A stretch of 64,000 nt of DNA from Sphyrna mokarran (Eukaryota): NCBI GenBank assembly GCA_024679065.1, contig JAGIQG010000027.1, positions 31,930,001 to 31,994,000 of the forward strand, read 5' to 3'. The notes under the pieces are model-generated. The model saw only the letters and a list, made by a program, of their open reading frames with translations. It was not told the DNA's origin and searched no databases. Position numbers and translations under genes: made by a program. Positions 25,871 to 39,545 of the stretch are shown here, in pieces (within the stretch, counting starts at the first letter, position 1; every line of letters starts with the position of its first letter).

Positions 25871-26215
25871 GGATCTAACCCACTTTCTCAATTGCTTATT
25901 TACCCCATTTAACCAGATTATGGGATCTGGTTGTTACTCTTGCCAGTGTGATAACCACTTCAGAGTGAGCTTTCAATCATTAAACTTGTCAGTATTTCTT
26001 TAATGTGGTTGTTTGCTAAGCAAATGCAAATCCTTTACTTGGTGATGGTGTTGATATGGAACAGTGCGTGAGAACAACAAGACCGTTTATACCTAATTAA
26101 ATTTCCGTGATTCCAACAAGTGGCCATTCCAAATCAACTCCACTGTTCCACTGTGATTACCTCTGGGTCACCGATGCAGTCAATCAGACATTTGGGTACA
26201 ACTGACCTGCCTAGA

Positions 26216-26560
26216 AGGGAGGCAATGGCCTAGTGACATTACTGCTAGACTATTAACCCAGAAATTCTGGGTATTGGGTTCAAATCCTGCCAAAGAAGGA
26301 GGTAGAATTTGAATTCAATAAAAAATATTTGGAATTAAGAATCTACTAATGACCATGAAACCCATTGTTGATTGTTGGAAAAATCCATCTGGTTCATTAA
26401 TGTCCTTTAGGGAAAGAAATCTGCCATCCTTATCTGGTCTGGCTTGACTCGAGAGCACAGTAATGTAGTAGCTTCTCAACTATTCTTGAACAGCAACTAG
26501 GGATGGGCAATAAACTCTGGTTAGCTGGTGACACCCGTGTCCTACAAATGAATAAAAGGA
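26216..26560 (+). mobile_element. SINE family C
   Basis: Full head, core and tail. Confidence 0.85.
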
Positions 26561-26969
26561 GTAAATCAGATTTTTCATGGTCCTCCACACTTGAGAATTT
26601 AAATGGCATTGATCCCATCTTTACCCGTTGTTGTTACAGAAATCCATATGACCAGGATACATGGATACATTGCCAATATTCCGAACCACCCAGAGTTGAA
26701 TCCTCACATTTATACACCAGAAAGCATAGCTGTACGTGAGGATTAGAATACTGGACAGCCCCTTAATATAAACTATCCAATAATTAATGAAGATCCTCAA
26801 TGCAAACAGTGCTGCTGAACCAAAGTGCAGTGTTGCTTTTGTTGTTGGTTTTGGACTATTTACTCCCATAACACGCGTCCCTGATGGTGAGTGGCCACAT
26901 CGGAATGAATAAATCTGCCTGAAACCTTTAGACCAGTGAACAAGAGTGGGGTAATTAGCCTACTCCACA

Positions 26970-27222
26970 TAGAAGTTAGGAGCTGGAGTAGGCCATTCAG
27001 CCCTTTGAGCTCTGCTCTGCCATTCAACATGATCATGGCTGATCCGCTATCTCATCATATTACCCCAGCATTCTCTGAATATTCCTTGACACTTTTAGAG
27101 TCTAGAAATCTATCTATTTCTTTCTTAAATACATTCATTGACTCGTTGTCCACAGCCTTCTATGATAGGGAATTCCACAGGTTCACCACCCTCTGAGTGA
27201 AGACATTTTTCCTCATCTCAGT
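26970..27222 (-). mobile_element. CR1 3' fragment
   Basis: GAATTCCACAGGTTCACCACCCTCTGAGTGAAG (reverse of FTQRVVNLWN). Confidence 0.85.
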
Positions 27223-27437
27223 CGAAATAGAATGGCTTGGCATGGCCACAATCATTAGGCTCGTTGCTACTGCAGCCAATACTTCCAGCTTCGGGACTGT
27301 GGACCCCACAAGAACAAATTTTATACAACTGCGCTGCCAACACGTGTTACCGCAAAACCACTGAGGTAAGCGGCAAATATCAGTAGAGAGCAGATTCCCC
27401 TGCTACTGTAGGCATTAAGATAATGAGGCTTTTTGTT

Positions 27438-27800
27438 AAAGAAAGACTTACATTTATATGGTGCTGTTCACAACCATTGGATGTCTCCAAGCGCTTGGCA
27501 GCCAATTAAATATTTTAGAAGTGTAGTCAGTATTGTGATGTAGGAAATGCTGCAGCAAATTTGCACACAGCAAGATCTCACAAACAGCAATGTGATAAAT
27601 GACCAGATAATCTGTTTTTTTTTATACAATGATTGATTGAGGAATAAATATTGGGCAGGACACCAGGGGTAACTTCCTTGTTCTTCATTGAAATAGCGCC
27701 ATCGGATTGTTTAAATCTAACAGGCAGATGGGGCCTTAATGGCACTTATAAGATCTCTCACTACTACACTGGAGCATCAATCTTGGTTTTTGTGGTCAGG
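27438..27800 (-). mobile_element. Deu-domain SINE
   Basis: AAAGACTTACATTTATATGG tail, AAATTTGCACACAGCAAGATCTC, GGAATAAATATTGG. Confidence 0.8.
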
Positions 27801-29734
27801 TTCTGCCCTTCCATGAAATAATGGTATATTTCCCTGGGTGGGCAGTTGGGGTCTTGGTTAAACATCTTGGGCAGGATTTTCCACCCAGCCCATTACAAAA
27901 GATGGCCTGCCACTGGCCAGCAGTGGGACCTTCTGGTTGCACAATTGTCCCTAAGAATGCACCCCTTGTTTCCAGGGAAATAGGAAGATCCCACCAGCAT
28001 GAATGACCAGAAAATTCCAGCCCTTGTCTGAAAGATTGCACCGGCAATAGCAGGATGTTCCCTCAGTGCTACACTAAAGTGCATTTGTGCTCAAGTGGTC
28101 CTTGAATGAAAAGGTTAGGCTGAGTGACATCAAACTCAGGTCTCCACAGCAGGAGCTGAGTTTTTGGATTAATAATGTAGCAATAATAGGCCATTGCTTC
28201 CCCGTTCATTGATTTTTCTCAATCATGGAATCTTGCTATTCAGAAGAATTGGTTTAGCCACTGAGAGACATCGAAACATTGCTGACACCCTTACATTTCT
28301 CTATAAATAGAGCCAAAATTGTTAAGTGCAATGGTACATTTTAAAATTAATTTCCTCTTCTACAATGCTAACTGGCTGCGAGAGAATAAAGAACAACGCG
28401 TTTTGGATGACTTTCCAAAGTGATCAGTGAATTGCTTTTTGAAAGGTATTCACTGTTGTCAAGTAGAAAGGTTGTTGAGAGTTTATTTTGTACAAATATT
28501 GCCCGCGTCGATTTGCATACTGAAATATGGCTTTGTACGATTGCTAATCACATGGAAATAAGCGTGCATGTCTACCCAGAACAAGCAGAGGAAGACCTGC
28601 TGCACAGATGAACAATAAAAGTAGGTCAGGCGTGTATCATTGTAACAAAGCTTTAGCAACACAAGGCCTCCTGCAACCTTCAGCAAACCACATTTTGCTG
28701 CACCACCCTCTGTCACAGACTGCATCATTCTTGAGGGTTTTGAGTCCTGAGAGTTGGAGCGCGGTCGGTTTCATGCCCCAGTCTGAAAAACAGTGCACTG
28801 CAACAACTCCATCCAGACGGTGCTGGCCCCTTGTCAGAATATTGCAGAGAAACTGAATTTGCCCAACATGATTGCCCCTGTAATGGACTAAATACTACTT
28901 CTCCTAGGAGACAAGACCCTGATTATCACTGAGTTTACTTTACAGGAGTGCACTTTTTTTTTAACAGATGATGCAACTTCACATTCCTTCCCTTGGAGAA
29001 GAGTGTTTTGCAATGGAAGGATTTGCAGGTTGATTAATAGTCTGATGTGAACATTCCTTCCACGGCATGACCATCTTTACACAAGCCAATTGAGTGGGTA
29101 GTCCAAATAGTGGGAAGGATCTATAATAAGATGAGCTTGGAGCACGCTCTCACACCCATATATAAATATGCCCCATTAGTAAATGTCAAACCCGCATTCA
29201 GAACAGGACTTATTGGCAATATCTGGGTATGAATTCTACCAATGTGGTTGCACTTTTTGATTCAATTAAGGAAAGCATGATATTAAAACACTTTTAAGCA
29301 TTCACTTACTAGCCAAACTGGTTTCAAACCTTATTACAGTCTTTAGGTCAAAATACTGGAACTCTCTCTCCAACAGCACAGTGGATCTACGGACATCAAA
29401 CGGGCTGCTGTGATTCAAGAGGGTGGCTCGCCACCACCTTCTTAAGGGCAATTAAGTGTTGACAATAAACATTGGTGTTGCCCAACTCACTACATCCATA
29501 TCACACAAAAAAGTTAAATGTCATAGCTAATAAAGTTCAGGTCAGACTACAGCTTATATTTTTTAATGTAATTCTTGAGCCAACCAGCGGATATTTATTG
29601 GTTCTGAGGAGCAACTGTTTCATACATAGTGTCGTTTCATTTAGTTTTAGACCTGTGAGTGGGTTTCCCCATCTTCTTATTCAATCAGGAGTTTATCCAT
29701 TTATATTTGTTAACAGTTCGAGTCAAAGAACAAA

Positions 29735-30047
29735 GAAAGAACAACGAACAAAACAGCATGGGAAACAGGCCCTTCGGCCCAACAAGCTCGTGCTGCCACC
29801 TCGATGTTCCCACTTCTACCCATGATCCCTGTCTATGTTTATAGATCTATGCATTGAAACCAAATTTGAGACAATTTAGGGAGAATTTGTTCAGCCTAAG
29901 AGCATATCTTTAGGATGTGGGAGGAAACTGGAGCACCCGGAGAAAACCACACAAGCACGGGGAGAATGCGCAAACTCCCACAGACACAGGCCCAAATCCA
30001 TGTATCTGCACAGCACAGTGATAGTCACTGAGCTGTCGTGTTGCCCA
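29735..30047 (-). mobile_element. Diverged V-SINE/HE1 copy
   Basis: GTGGGAGGAAACTGGAGCACCCGG...CAAACTCC. Confidence 0.7.
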
Positions 30048-30591
30048 TCAAATGGAACAGATCAAGCGTACACTAACGACGTGAAGCACTAGGATACTCT
30101 CGAAAAATCCAAGAGCAGCCTTCAAAAAGAACTGTGGAGTTTTACAGTAGCTGGCGAGGTCAGAATTGGAGTGTCACTCACTCCAGTTCTAATTTGTAAT
30201 AAAGGGCCTGAGGGAATTAGTAATCAAACAGACACCTACAACATCCCGTGTTCTGCCTTCACATGGCATTTTACCTGATGAGACCACACCCGAGGGAAAC
30301 AAGTTGGAGAGTTGACTGGTTACCATGGAGATATGGCCTGGATTATACTGCCTCGACGGATGATAGAAGCAGATTGCTATGATAACTTTCAAACAAGAAT
30401 GATATGTATGTAACCGTGTTATACATGTACACAGATGTACATATTGGAAAAGAAAGATGTTTTAGGACTGTGGAGAAAGAGCAAGAGAGTAGGGCTAATC
30501 AGATAGTCCTAAGAAAGAGCCTGAGCAGGCATAGTGGCTAAACGGATTCCCCTGAATTTCAAGATTCTGTGATTGAGAAAAATCGATGAAT

Positions 30592-30935
30592 GGGGAGACG
30601 ATGGCTTATTATCGCTCGACTATTAATCCAGAAACTCAGCGAATACTCTGGAGACCTGGTTTCGAATCCCACTACAGCAGGTAGTAGAATTTGAATTCAA
30701 TAAAAAATATCTGGAATTAAGAATCTACTGAAAACCATGAAAACATTGTTGATTGTCAGAAAAATCCATCTGGTTCATTAGTGTCTTTTAGGAAGGAAAT
30801 CTGCCATCCTTACTTGGTCTGGCCTACATGTGACTCCAGAGCAAGTGGCTGACTCTCAACTGCCCTTCCAGAGAACTGGGGATGGGCAATAAATGCTGGG
30901 AAGCCAGTAATGCCCATGTCCCATGAATGAATAAG
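30592..30935 (+). mobile_element. SINE family C
   Basis: Well preserved copy ending GCCCATGTCCCATGAATGAAT. Confidence 0.9.
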
Positions 30936-30963
30936 AGAAGAAAAGGAGTAGATCAGATTTTAT

Positions 30964-31262
30964 GGGCGGCATAGTGGATAGCACTGCTGCCTCACAGCGC
31001 CAGGGACCAGGGTTCGATTCCTGGCTCGGATCACAGTCCGTGTTGAGTTTGCACATTCTGTCCATGGGTTTCCTCCAGGTGCTCTGGCTTCCTCTCACAC
31101 TCCAAAGATAGGTGGAAGTCAGGTGCATTGGCCCCGCTAAATTTCCCCTTAGTGTCAAGGAAATTATCAGGGTAATTCCAAGTGGTTACAGGGGATAGGA
31201 CATGAGTGGGATTGGTGTGGGGAGAGGCTCAATGGTCTCCTGTAGGGATTCTAGGTTCTCTG
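30964..31262 (+). mobile_element. HE1 type A
   Basis: GGGCGGCATAGTGGATAGCACTGCTGCCTCACAGCGCC head. Confidence 0.85.
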
Positions 31263-33096
31263 AACATTTCTTCAGCCACATCTAAACATTGTGAATCAAG
31301 CTTCCACTAAATTATGTGAGGCTTCTGTGCTGAGCTAGGCTCAACTATAGAGATGTTTGCTGGGAAAATACGTTTAGGGATAAGTTAAACTGGATTATTG
31401 CACTGCATTTGAGAAAATATATAGCAGCATTGGGTAACCTGCAGCCCGGAGTCACATGTAGCCAATCCAGGTGAAGCGCATGCTGATTGCTCACAACACT
31501 GACTGTACACTCTCTCTGCATCCAAGGCATTATTATTTCTTTTGCTTTTATCATTTAAAGTTGATAACAGTTCTACTAAGATAGAGCAATTAAGCATTTT
31601 CTATAACACGTTATGAAAGGTGTAGTAAATGTGTTTAATCTTATCCATGGGGGTCACGATTAGTGAAGAACCCTCAGTGAAACAAAGGAGGGATGGGGGG
31701 GTGGAGGCACTCATGCCTCCCGCTCACGAGCTTGGGTTACCCCATCACTGATATGGAAGCTAAGAGAGGTGGCTGGGAGGGAAGAGAATAAATGCGAAGA
31801 AGCATCTTCCAGAATTATTTCAGTGCAACCTTCATCATCCAGAGCCTATGATCTATATTTGCTCCCATCTGTGACAAAGATACCCATTCGCTCAGCAATG
31901 TGGCAAAATAACCAACCCATTTTGTTGTTTAAGCAATGCTCTTTTGATACAGACAGTTACAGAAATAGAAACAACGCAAGTTTTTGTATCTCTCATACCA
32001 GATGTCATGTTACTTTTTTGAATTCAGTGACCTGGAACTCAAGCCACCCTCAGGATTATACAGAGGCAAGAGAGGAGGCAAGCTCAGGGTCAACACTTTG
32101 TTCCACCTTCTTTCAACAGGGATTAGCACAATGCTAGCACAAGCCAATTAATAAAACTGAAGGGAAAATCTCCCTGTCAGTAAAAGTTGGCATGAAAAGT
32201 TCTTTAATATTCACCATAAATTAAAGAATTTGAATTATTATCCATGGCTTTTTGAACAAGAGATAATTTTAAGCGTATCAGTAGCTCACAAAACTACACA
32301 GTGAAGATGAATGCTGCATTAGATTTTGCACCTGGTGTGGTCAGTAAATCTGTTTGACATGCTTATTGAACTGACATGCATCAGCGAGGCCATGTTCAGT
32401 GTAACCTGTGCTATAGTTTTTCCAGTGATGTAAGTGGTAATAATTTACACCACTCTGTGCAATACGGAGGCTGTAATGTGAATCTCACCAGCAGCAAGGG
32501 GAAGTGTAGGGACCCAGCCCTCCGGAAAGCCAGCTGCAGACTGTTTGGGGCACCAGTATGCACAGTATACTGGGAGATGTGTTACCCCCCCACCCCATCA
32601 TGGACATCATCCCCTCCCTCCACTGATTGCTGCCACCCACCCAAAGCCTACCCACCTCCCCCCACCCTGCTCTCTCCCAAATGATTGTTGTCCTGTTGTG
32701 TGCCTCATTGTTCTCGCTTGCTTTGACTTGCTTTGCCTGGAGATAGAGAGAGCTGGAGAGTCATGTGCGGTTAACTGTGGTGATCCTTCAGGTGGCCTTT
32801 CCTTCCTTGTGAGAGGGTCGCAACAAAATGCGGACCTTCACTCTTTCAAAGCTTTTTAATCTATGTTGCAAAGGGTGCAGAGCAGAGCCTATCAAGGATT
32901 TTCTGTTTGATGCAATGTCGTTTTGTCAGCACTCCAACAACTCTTTCTTCAGTTTCAAATGAATGGGAAATAGCTGTTGTGCTTGGCTAGATTTCATTTA
33001 AATTAGCGGTGTGTTAGTTATTCCTAGATATTCACCACTATCAGATTTGCTCAGTTACAGAATTTCACTTTTACACTGAACTGTAGATTTGTAATG

Positions 33097-33291
33097 AGAT
33101 ATAAAAGCAAAATACTGCGGCTGCTGGAATCTGAAACCAAAAGAGAAAATGCTGGAAAATCTCAGCAGATCTGGCAGCATCTGTAAGGAGAGAAAAGAGC
33201 TGAGGCTGTTTTTGACAAAGGGTCGCCTGGACTCGAAATGTCAGCTGTTTTCTCTCCTTACAGATCTGCTGAGATTTTCCAGCATTTCTCT
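33097..33291. mobile_element. Penelope-derived inverted-repeat element with 9-bp flanking duplication
   Basis: Arms AATGCTGGAAAATCTCAGCAGATCTG and CAGATCTGCTGAGATTTTCCAGCATT; TTTGTAATG at 33088 and 33292. Confidence 0.7.
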
Positions 33292-33293
33292 TT

Positions 33294-33522
33294 TGTAATG
33301 TGTGATGATGGTCGCAGGGTTCTACTCGAGTATGAGCTCCTTGATTAAGTGGGTAGAGACTCATCCAACGGGAAGGAGCAGTGAGGGGATTAAATCCAGC
33401 TGGCTCTACTCAGGCCAATAGTCGATAGCCTGGGGGTTAATCTGTACCCTGTAGCTGCTGAGTGGCACTTTGAGCACCTTATAAATAAAGTGTGATGCTG
33501 GCACAAGATTGGCAAGATTACA
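33294..33522 (+). mobile_element. Possible solo LTR (Gypsy-like)
   Basis: TGTAAT...ATTACA termini, AATAAA near the 3' end; no clear target-site duplication. Confidence 0.4.
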
Positions 33523-33991
33523 TAATGGTTATAAAAAAAGTTGTGAACGCAGTGATAATCTGTGGTTGGCAAAGTGAGATTAATTTGTTCAGATATGAAC
33601 TGTAAGCATGTAGCCAGTTTTTGGATGAAACCTCAGAATCAGAAAAGCATATTAACATATTTGAATGAAGCTTCCCTCACCACTATTTGTAGCAGGCACC
33701 TAATAGCAGAAAAAGGTACTTAGTACAAAGATGACTATGAAGTTATTAAATTGTCATAAAAATTGTACTGATTCACTAATGCCTTTTCAGTGAATGAAAT
33801 CAGCCACTCTTATCCAGTTAATCTGTATGTGACTAATATGGTTGGTTTTTAATTGCCTTCTAGTAACCCATTCAATCATACCAAATAATTTCTAAAAGAT
33901 ATAATAAGAATAAAACTTGACAACTGTCCAACATTGATTTAGGCGTCAGATTCCAAACCAGCAAAGCCTTTTTCAGGAATACCTGGAGATT

Positions 33992-34326
33992 TCATAGAAT
34001 CATAGAATCCTACAGTGCAGAACGAGGCCCTTCAGCCCATCGAGTCTGCACTGAACACAATTCCATCCAGGCCCTACCCCCATATCATTCTCACTAATCC
34101 CTCTAACCTATGCAACCCTGGAAACTAAGGGGCAATTTCTTCGCATGGCCAATCAATCTAACCCACACATCTTTGGACTGTGGGAGGAAACCGGAGCACC
34201 AAGAGGAAACCCATGCAGACACAAGGAGAATGTGTAAACTCCACAGAGACAGTGACAGAAGCTGGGAATCAATCCCAGGACCCTGGTGCTGTGAAGCAAC
34301 AGTGCTAACCATTGTGCTACTGTGCC
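33992..34326 (-). mobile_element. HE1 type A, full length
   Basis: TCATAGAATCATAGAATCC ... AGTGCTAACCATTGTGC. Confidence 0.9.
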
Positions 34327-35846
34327 AAATTTGTGCCGAACTTGGATAGATGATCCAGATCACATGCCAGAATTATGCCACCTCCCCTCCCCCACTCAAG
34401 GGTCATAAGATCCCACCCGAGGCCAATGGAGAATGCCATTCTGTGAGCCTCACTCGCCTCGGTATTTGGGCAGGTGAGGCGGTAAAACTCCAGCCAAAAT
34501 CTTTGAACCCAACATTATAGCCGATGCCCAAGAATTATCCATCATCATCTCTCGATATGTCCTGTCCTAGCGACAAAATAGACCTTCCAGAGGTGGTGGC
34601 ACATTGGTGACAGTTAGAGGGAAAGGTTTTGGAAGTGTTCAACCCTGAACTCCGACCACACAAAAGCTAGATTTTCAGAGCGTTATGGGATTTGGATCCA
34701 GAAGTCCCACCCCAATTTTGACAGATCCCATTTTTTGCAGATAAGTGAAAGGGGGTGTGCCATGACTCACAAAGACATGAAACTTGAACCCAGCAACCTT
34801 TTGAACTCAGTGCTGAGTTCATACAAATCCTGTTTTCACTGTACTGAGTAACTTAACCTACAGTGTGGGAGGGGATTTTTAGAATAGATGTAAATACTCG
34901 TGAAGGTAAATACAGCTGTAGAGCTGTCAAGCAATGAAGTTATTTAAATCCCCAGCCCTTTAAAATTAACACGACATCCTGCCTATTTTAGTGAGAGTTG
35001 AAAAAAATCTGTTTTAGCAGTTATAATAGCTGTCTGGTGACATTAGCCCAAAGGTTATCATTATATCATTTTTAATCTTGATTACTTTCCACAACCTACA
35101 ACTATTACAACAGGGGCTCCTAAATTTCACAGCTCAAAGAGGCTATTAAAGGATTAACAGCCATCTAGCATTATGAACACAAATATGTTTATCTTGATAA
35201 GAGACTTAAATACCTTAGGGCTTAAAGCTTTGAATGGGTTTTGCTGAATGTGTGTGTCCTTTTAATATAGTAAAGGCGATAATAGATATTTAGGCATTTG
35301 TTTTATTTTTCTCTTGGCATGGCTCCTGAAGTCATGGTGGATTATGGCTCAGTTGGGATGGAGAGTGTAGGGTATTGGTGGGTGCTTTGTTATGTGCTGG
35401 CATAGGTGAGGGCTTTGTGTTTTATGAGTTGGCATTCAGTTGACCTGTCAACTTGAATGTAGATGGAGAGATGATGTGTTCTAAAGCATGAGGGCTGAAG
35501 GGCTCAAATTCCAGGCAAAGTACTAGAGGACAGAGCTGGGTCTTTTAAATGGCCACTTTGGCACTCGGCAGCCCCTGTAGTCATCCCTGACCTGTGTCCC
35601 AGGATGGCAGGCTGACTTCCTCCATTTGCTGAACTCAATGCAAAAATTGGGTCAGGTGAGGCACATTCTTTGGAGATGGGTGCGGTGAGTCAGTAAATTT
35701 CTCGACTCATACTGCCCACTTTATGGTAAAACTCTGGCTCATAGCCTGTTGGCATCGGGTCAAACACAGGCAAGAAAACCTGTTGGTTACCATTTACAGT
35801 CCTGCTTCAGTCAATGAATCCATACTACTCCACATTGAACACCATT

Positions 35847-36145
35847 GGGTGGCATGGTGGTGCAGTGGTTAGCACTGCTGCCTCACAGTGCCAGGGACCC
35901 GGGTTCGATTTCTGGCTTAGGTCACAGTCTGTGCAGAGTCTGCACGTTCTCCCGTGTCTGTGCGGATTTCCTCCGGGTGCTCCAGTTTCTTCCCGTAGTC
36001 TGAAAGACATACTGGTTAGGTGCATTGGCCATGCTAAATTCTCCTCCAGTGTAACCGAACAGGCAAGCAGGAGATTTTCACAGTAACTTCTTTGCAGTGT
36101 TAATGTAAGCTTATCTGTGACACTAATAAATAAACTTTAAACTTA
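35847..36145 (+). mobile_element. V-SINE, tail type B
   Basis: Well preserved head, V-domain and B tail. Confidence 0.9.
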
Positions 36146-37011
36146 TACTTTAAATTTGGAAGAAGAACAAAGGATAGCAATGTACTCAGATTGTTAACTT
36201 GAGTGTCTGTCACCATGCCTGGTTCAACAGCATTGTCACTGGCCTAGCAGGCTGAGTTCTGAAGGATGTTTCTGGCAGACTAGGCTTGTAGCTGGTGGGC
36301 AGATTGGAGAGGATGAGGTATTTCCATTGCGATGGAAATGTCTACTTGATTTCAACCTCTCTAATCTGCTGCAGATGCTTCTGCGGATGAAAGAATTGAT
36401 GGTAACAAGTATCCCATAGTCTCTGGAGAAAGAGACCCACTTCCATCATGTTGTGTAGCACAACCAAAGAGATAGATTGAGAACAGATCTGGCAGCTCAA
36501 ATTGAGTGTCTAGAAGGTGCTGTGGGTCAACATCAGAATTGGGTTTCATTACAATGTGTAACCTTGTAACCCAGCATATTCCTCATTCTGACATTACCAT
36601 AAAGCCAGAGATGGTTCAGTGTGAGCTTTAGAAGAGTCAGCTGTACCTAAAAACAAGGTGCCAACCTGGTGAAGATATAATAGATTGTTACATACACAAT
36701 AAGCATTGGAAAAAAATCCATGCTTCTTAAGCACCCACAGACAGCAGATTGAATCAAGGCTCTGATCATATTTGTTCATGAGTAGTGGGCTCAAGGGCTT
36801 AATCATGAGCCAATGTTGCCATATGCTTTCACCTACCAGGACACTCCCAACTATTTCTGAAGGTCCTCACAAACCTATATGGGGAATAGACTGGTAACCT
36901 GCCTTCTCAGGTTCTGAGATCAACAGAAGTGAGATAACATAGAATAGAATAAAACCTTCTTCTTCTTTGGTGATTATTCGCTAATGAGTATGATTGCCCA
37001 CCTAGAATATG

Positions 37012-37335
37012 GGGGTGGCACGGTGGCATAGTGATTTGCACTGCTGCCTCACAGTGCCAGGTGTCTAGGCTTGAGTCGCTGTCTCTGTGGAGTTTGCATG
37101 TTCTCCCCATGTCTGCGTTGGTTTCCCCTGGATGATCCAGTTTCTTCAAACAGTCCAAAGATCTGTTGGCTGGGTGGATTGGCTATGCTAAATTGCCACT
37201 TAGTGTCCAGGGGACTAGCTAGGGTAAATGCACGGGGTTATGGCGATAGGGTCTGGGTGGGATTATAGTCAGTGTGGACTTGATAGGCTGAATGGCCTTC
37301 TTCTGAACTATAGTATTCTAGTCTATGGATTCTAA
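37012..37335 (+). mobile_element. HE1 type A
   Basis: Head, V-domain, A tail. Confidence 0.85.
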
Positions 37336-37379
37336 GAAATTCCATGTTACTGGTCATAAGTTCTATGGGCTCTTGTACA

Positions 37380-38200
37380 GCTGATGAGCCCAATCCAAGA
37401 ACCGTGTTTTTGACCACAGACTAGGAAAGATGTTCCGAGAGGTGGGTTCTATCCTTGGACTCTAGTTCATTGGGATTCCTTTCTCAGGCTCCTTTTCCAG
37501 GCCTCCGCTTGCTGTTGGGTGTCCTCAAAGTATTTGGTCCTGTCAATCAGGAGGTTCCTTCAAATAGGTCTCTCCTGAACAAGGATCTTCCAGATGTTGA
37601 CGTTTATGGTACATGTTTTGAGGTAAGATTTCAGAGTATCTTTGAAGCCTTTGTTCTAACTGGAAATTTGTCTTTGGCTTCACCATCAGTATAACATAGA
37701 TCGTAGAATCTTTACAATGCAGAAAGAGGTCATTCGACCCATTGAATCTGCACTGACAACAATTCCACTCAGGCCCTGCAATCCCAGCTACGTACTTTGC
37801 TAGTTTTCCCGGCACTAAGGGGCAATTTAGCATGGCCAACCAACCTAACCTGCACATCTATAGACCCACTCACTTAATTGACTTATATTGCTATAATTTT
37901 TATGCTTCCATTGCACAGCTTGCAATACCCCAGAGAATGAATGTTCAAGGTGGTGAAAGGGAGTGCTGATCCAACAGATGGCCTTGTTTGGCCACATAAT
38001 CAAGTCTGCACTGATTCTCCGACAGAGTATCTTACCCAAAAACTGTATTGAGATGTGGAGCTGTGCCATCCGCTGCACGCGTATCTCCTGGAACCATGTG
38101 ACTTCAAGCTGGCACAGAAGCCGGGACAGTAATGGTCAATCATGGTTGCAATGTTTCTTTGTTATGAGTTGACCTATTCATTGCATGTTGCTGTGGAATA
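37380..38200 (-). mobile_element. Degraded RTE LINE C-terminal fragment interrupted by an HE1 fragment (about 37697-37860)
   Basis: Minus strand gives FKDTLKSYLKTCTINVNIWKILVQERPI, resembling the RTE 'RFKDTLK...W...DR..W' C-terminus; extent beyond 37860 is uncertain. Confidence 0.55.
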
Positions 38201-38572
38201 ACATTAAAGACAAACTTTTCTTGTAGCTATCAGCAACCACCAAAGGGGAGTTTGAATGCTGGGCTGCATGTCTGTTGTCTGCACTCTTGTTCCTGCATCC
38301 GCATTGTCCTGTCCTGTCACACTCTACATAAGGCATCCTCACTCCCTACTTATTCAGCCGTAATAAAGTTCGTTGATGGGTTGCCAAGTCCTTTAATGCT
38401 TTCGAAAAGCTTTCTGAAGTACTGCTGTCTGCTTATTAAAAACTGCTCCACTTTAATCATCCCATCCTACCAAACATGTCTTATGCAAACAGACCTTTTT
38501 TTAATTTCATTCATGGGGCATGGGCTGGTAAAGTGGGAATATCTCGTCCATCTAGAAGTGCTCTTGAAAAGG

Positions 38573-38880
38573 TCATAGAATCCCAAAAGTGCAGAAGAAG
38601 ACCATTTGGCCCATTGAGTCTGCAACAGAGTATCTTTGTAAAACTCTCTCCCCTGCCCTATCCCTGTAACTCCACACACTAACCTATATAGCTTTGAACA
38701 CAAAGGGGCAATTTAGCATGGCCAATCCACCAAACCTTTACATCTTTGCACTCTAGGAGGACACCAGAGCACCTGAAGGGAACCCATGCAGATACAGGGA
38801 GAACATGCAAATTCCACACAGCCACCCAAGACTGGAATTGAACCCAGATCCCTGGTGCTACGACGCAGCAGTGCTAATCC
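38573..38880 (-). mobile_element. HE1 type A
   Basis: A tail and V-domain on the minus strand. Confidence 0.85.
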
Positions 38881-39545
38881 CTTTATTTTCACGTTGGAGG
38901 TGGGATTGTGGTTGGGGGGGGGTGGGATAAGGGAATGCTATGGGGAGAGGTTCAGAACTAACAACACCACTATGATCCCACCTGGGATGCCAGGCAGTGC
39001 AATTTTATGATCCCTGGGCCTTAGTTGGCATCAAGATGGGACTGCCACTCATCCTGGCAGGAATGGGAGGCAGACCCACTCAGAAGAATAGGTTTAAAAG
39101 ACCAGGCCTCCATTCTACTCCTACATGAGAGCAGGGGAATTCTGCACAGACAGACTTTGAATTGAAACTCGTGTTTAAATAGCACGTTATTGGACCCTTC
39201 AGACTGTCAAATCACTGCACAACCCACTGTCAATTTAAATATTATTTTAATTTTGGAAATGTGTCTTGATAGTGAGTGGCCCACTTTCTTCACTGTTTGA
39301 TAAGCTCCTTTGCTTCAAATACGGTCTCACATCCCCAATCTGCCAGTATGACCTCCATCCTGAGCAGCAACTGAACTCAATCACAAATTATACATCAGTC
39401 GAATTCTCAGCTGTCCTGTGTTTCTGTTAGAGCCAACCTTTATAACAACACAACATTAGGGCAACGTTGTCACTACATCCATATATTTTTAATAAAATAT
39501 TACAAATGATTATTGGTGTACATTTAAAATAGAATCCTATAATTG

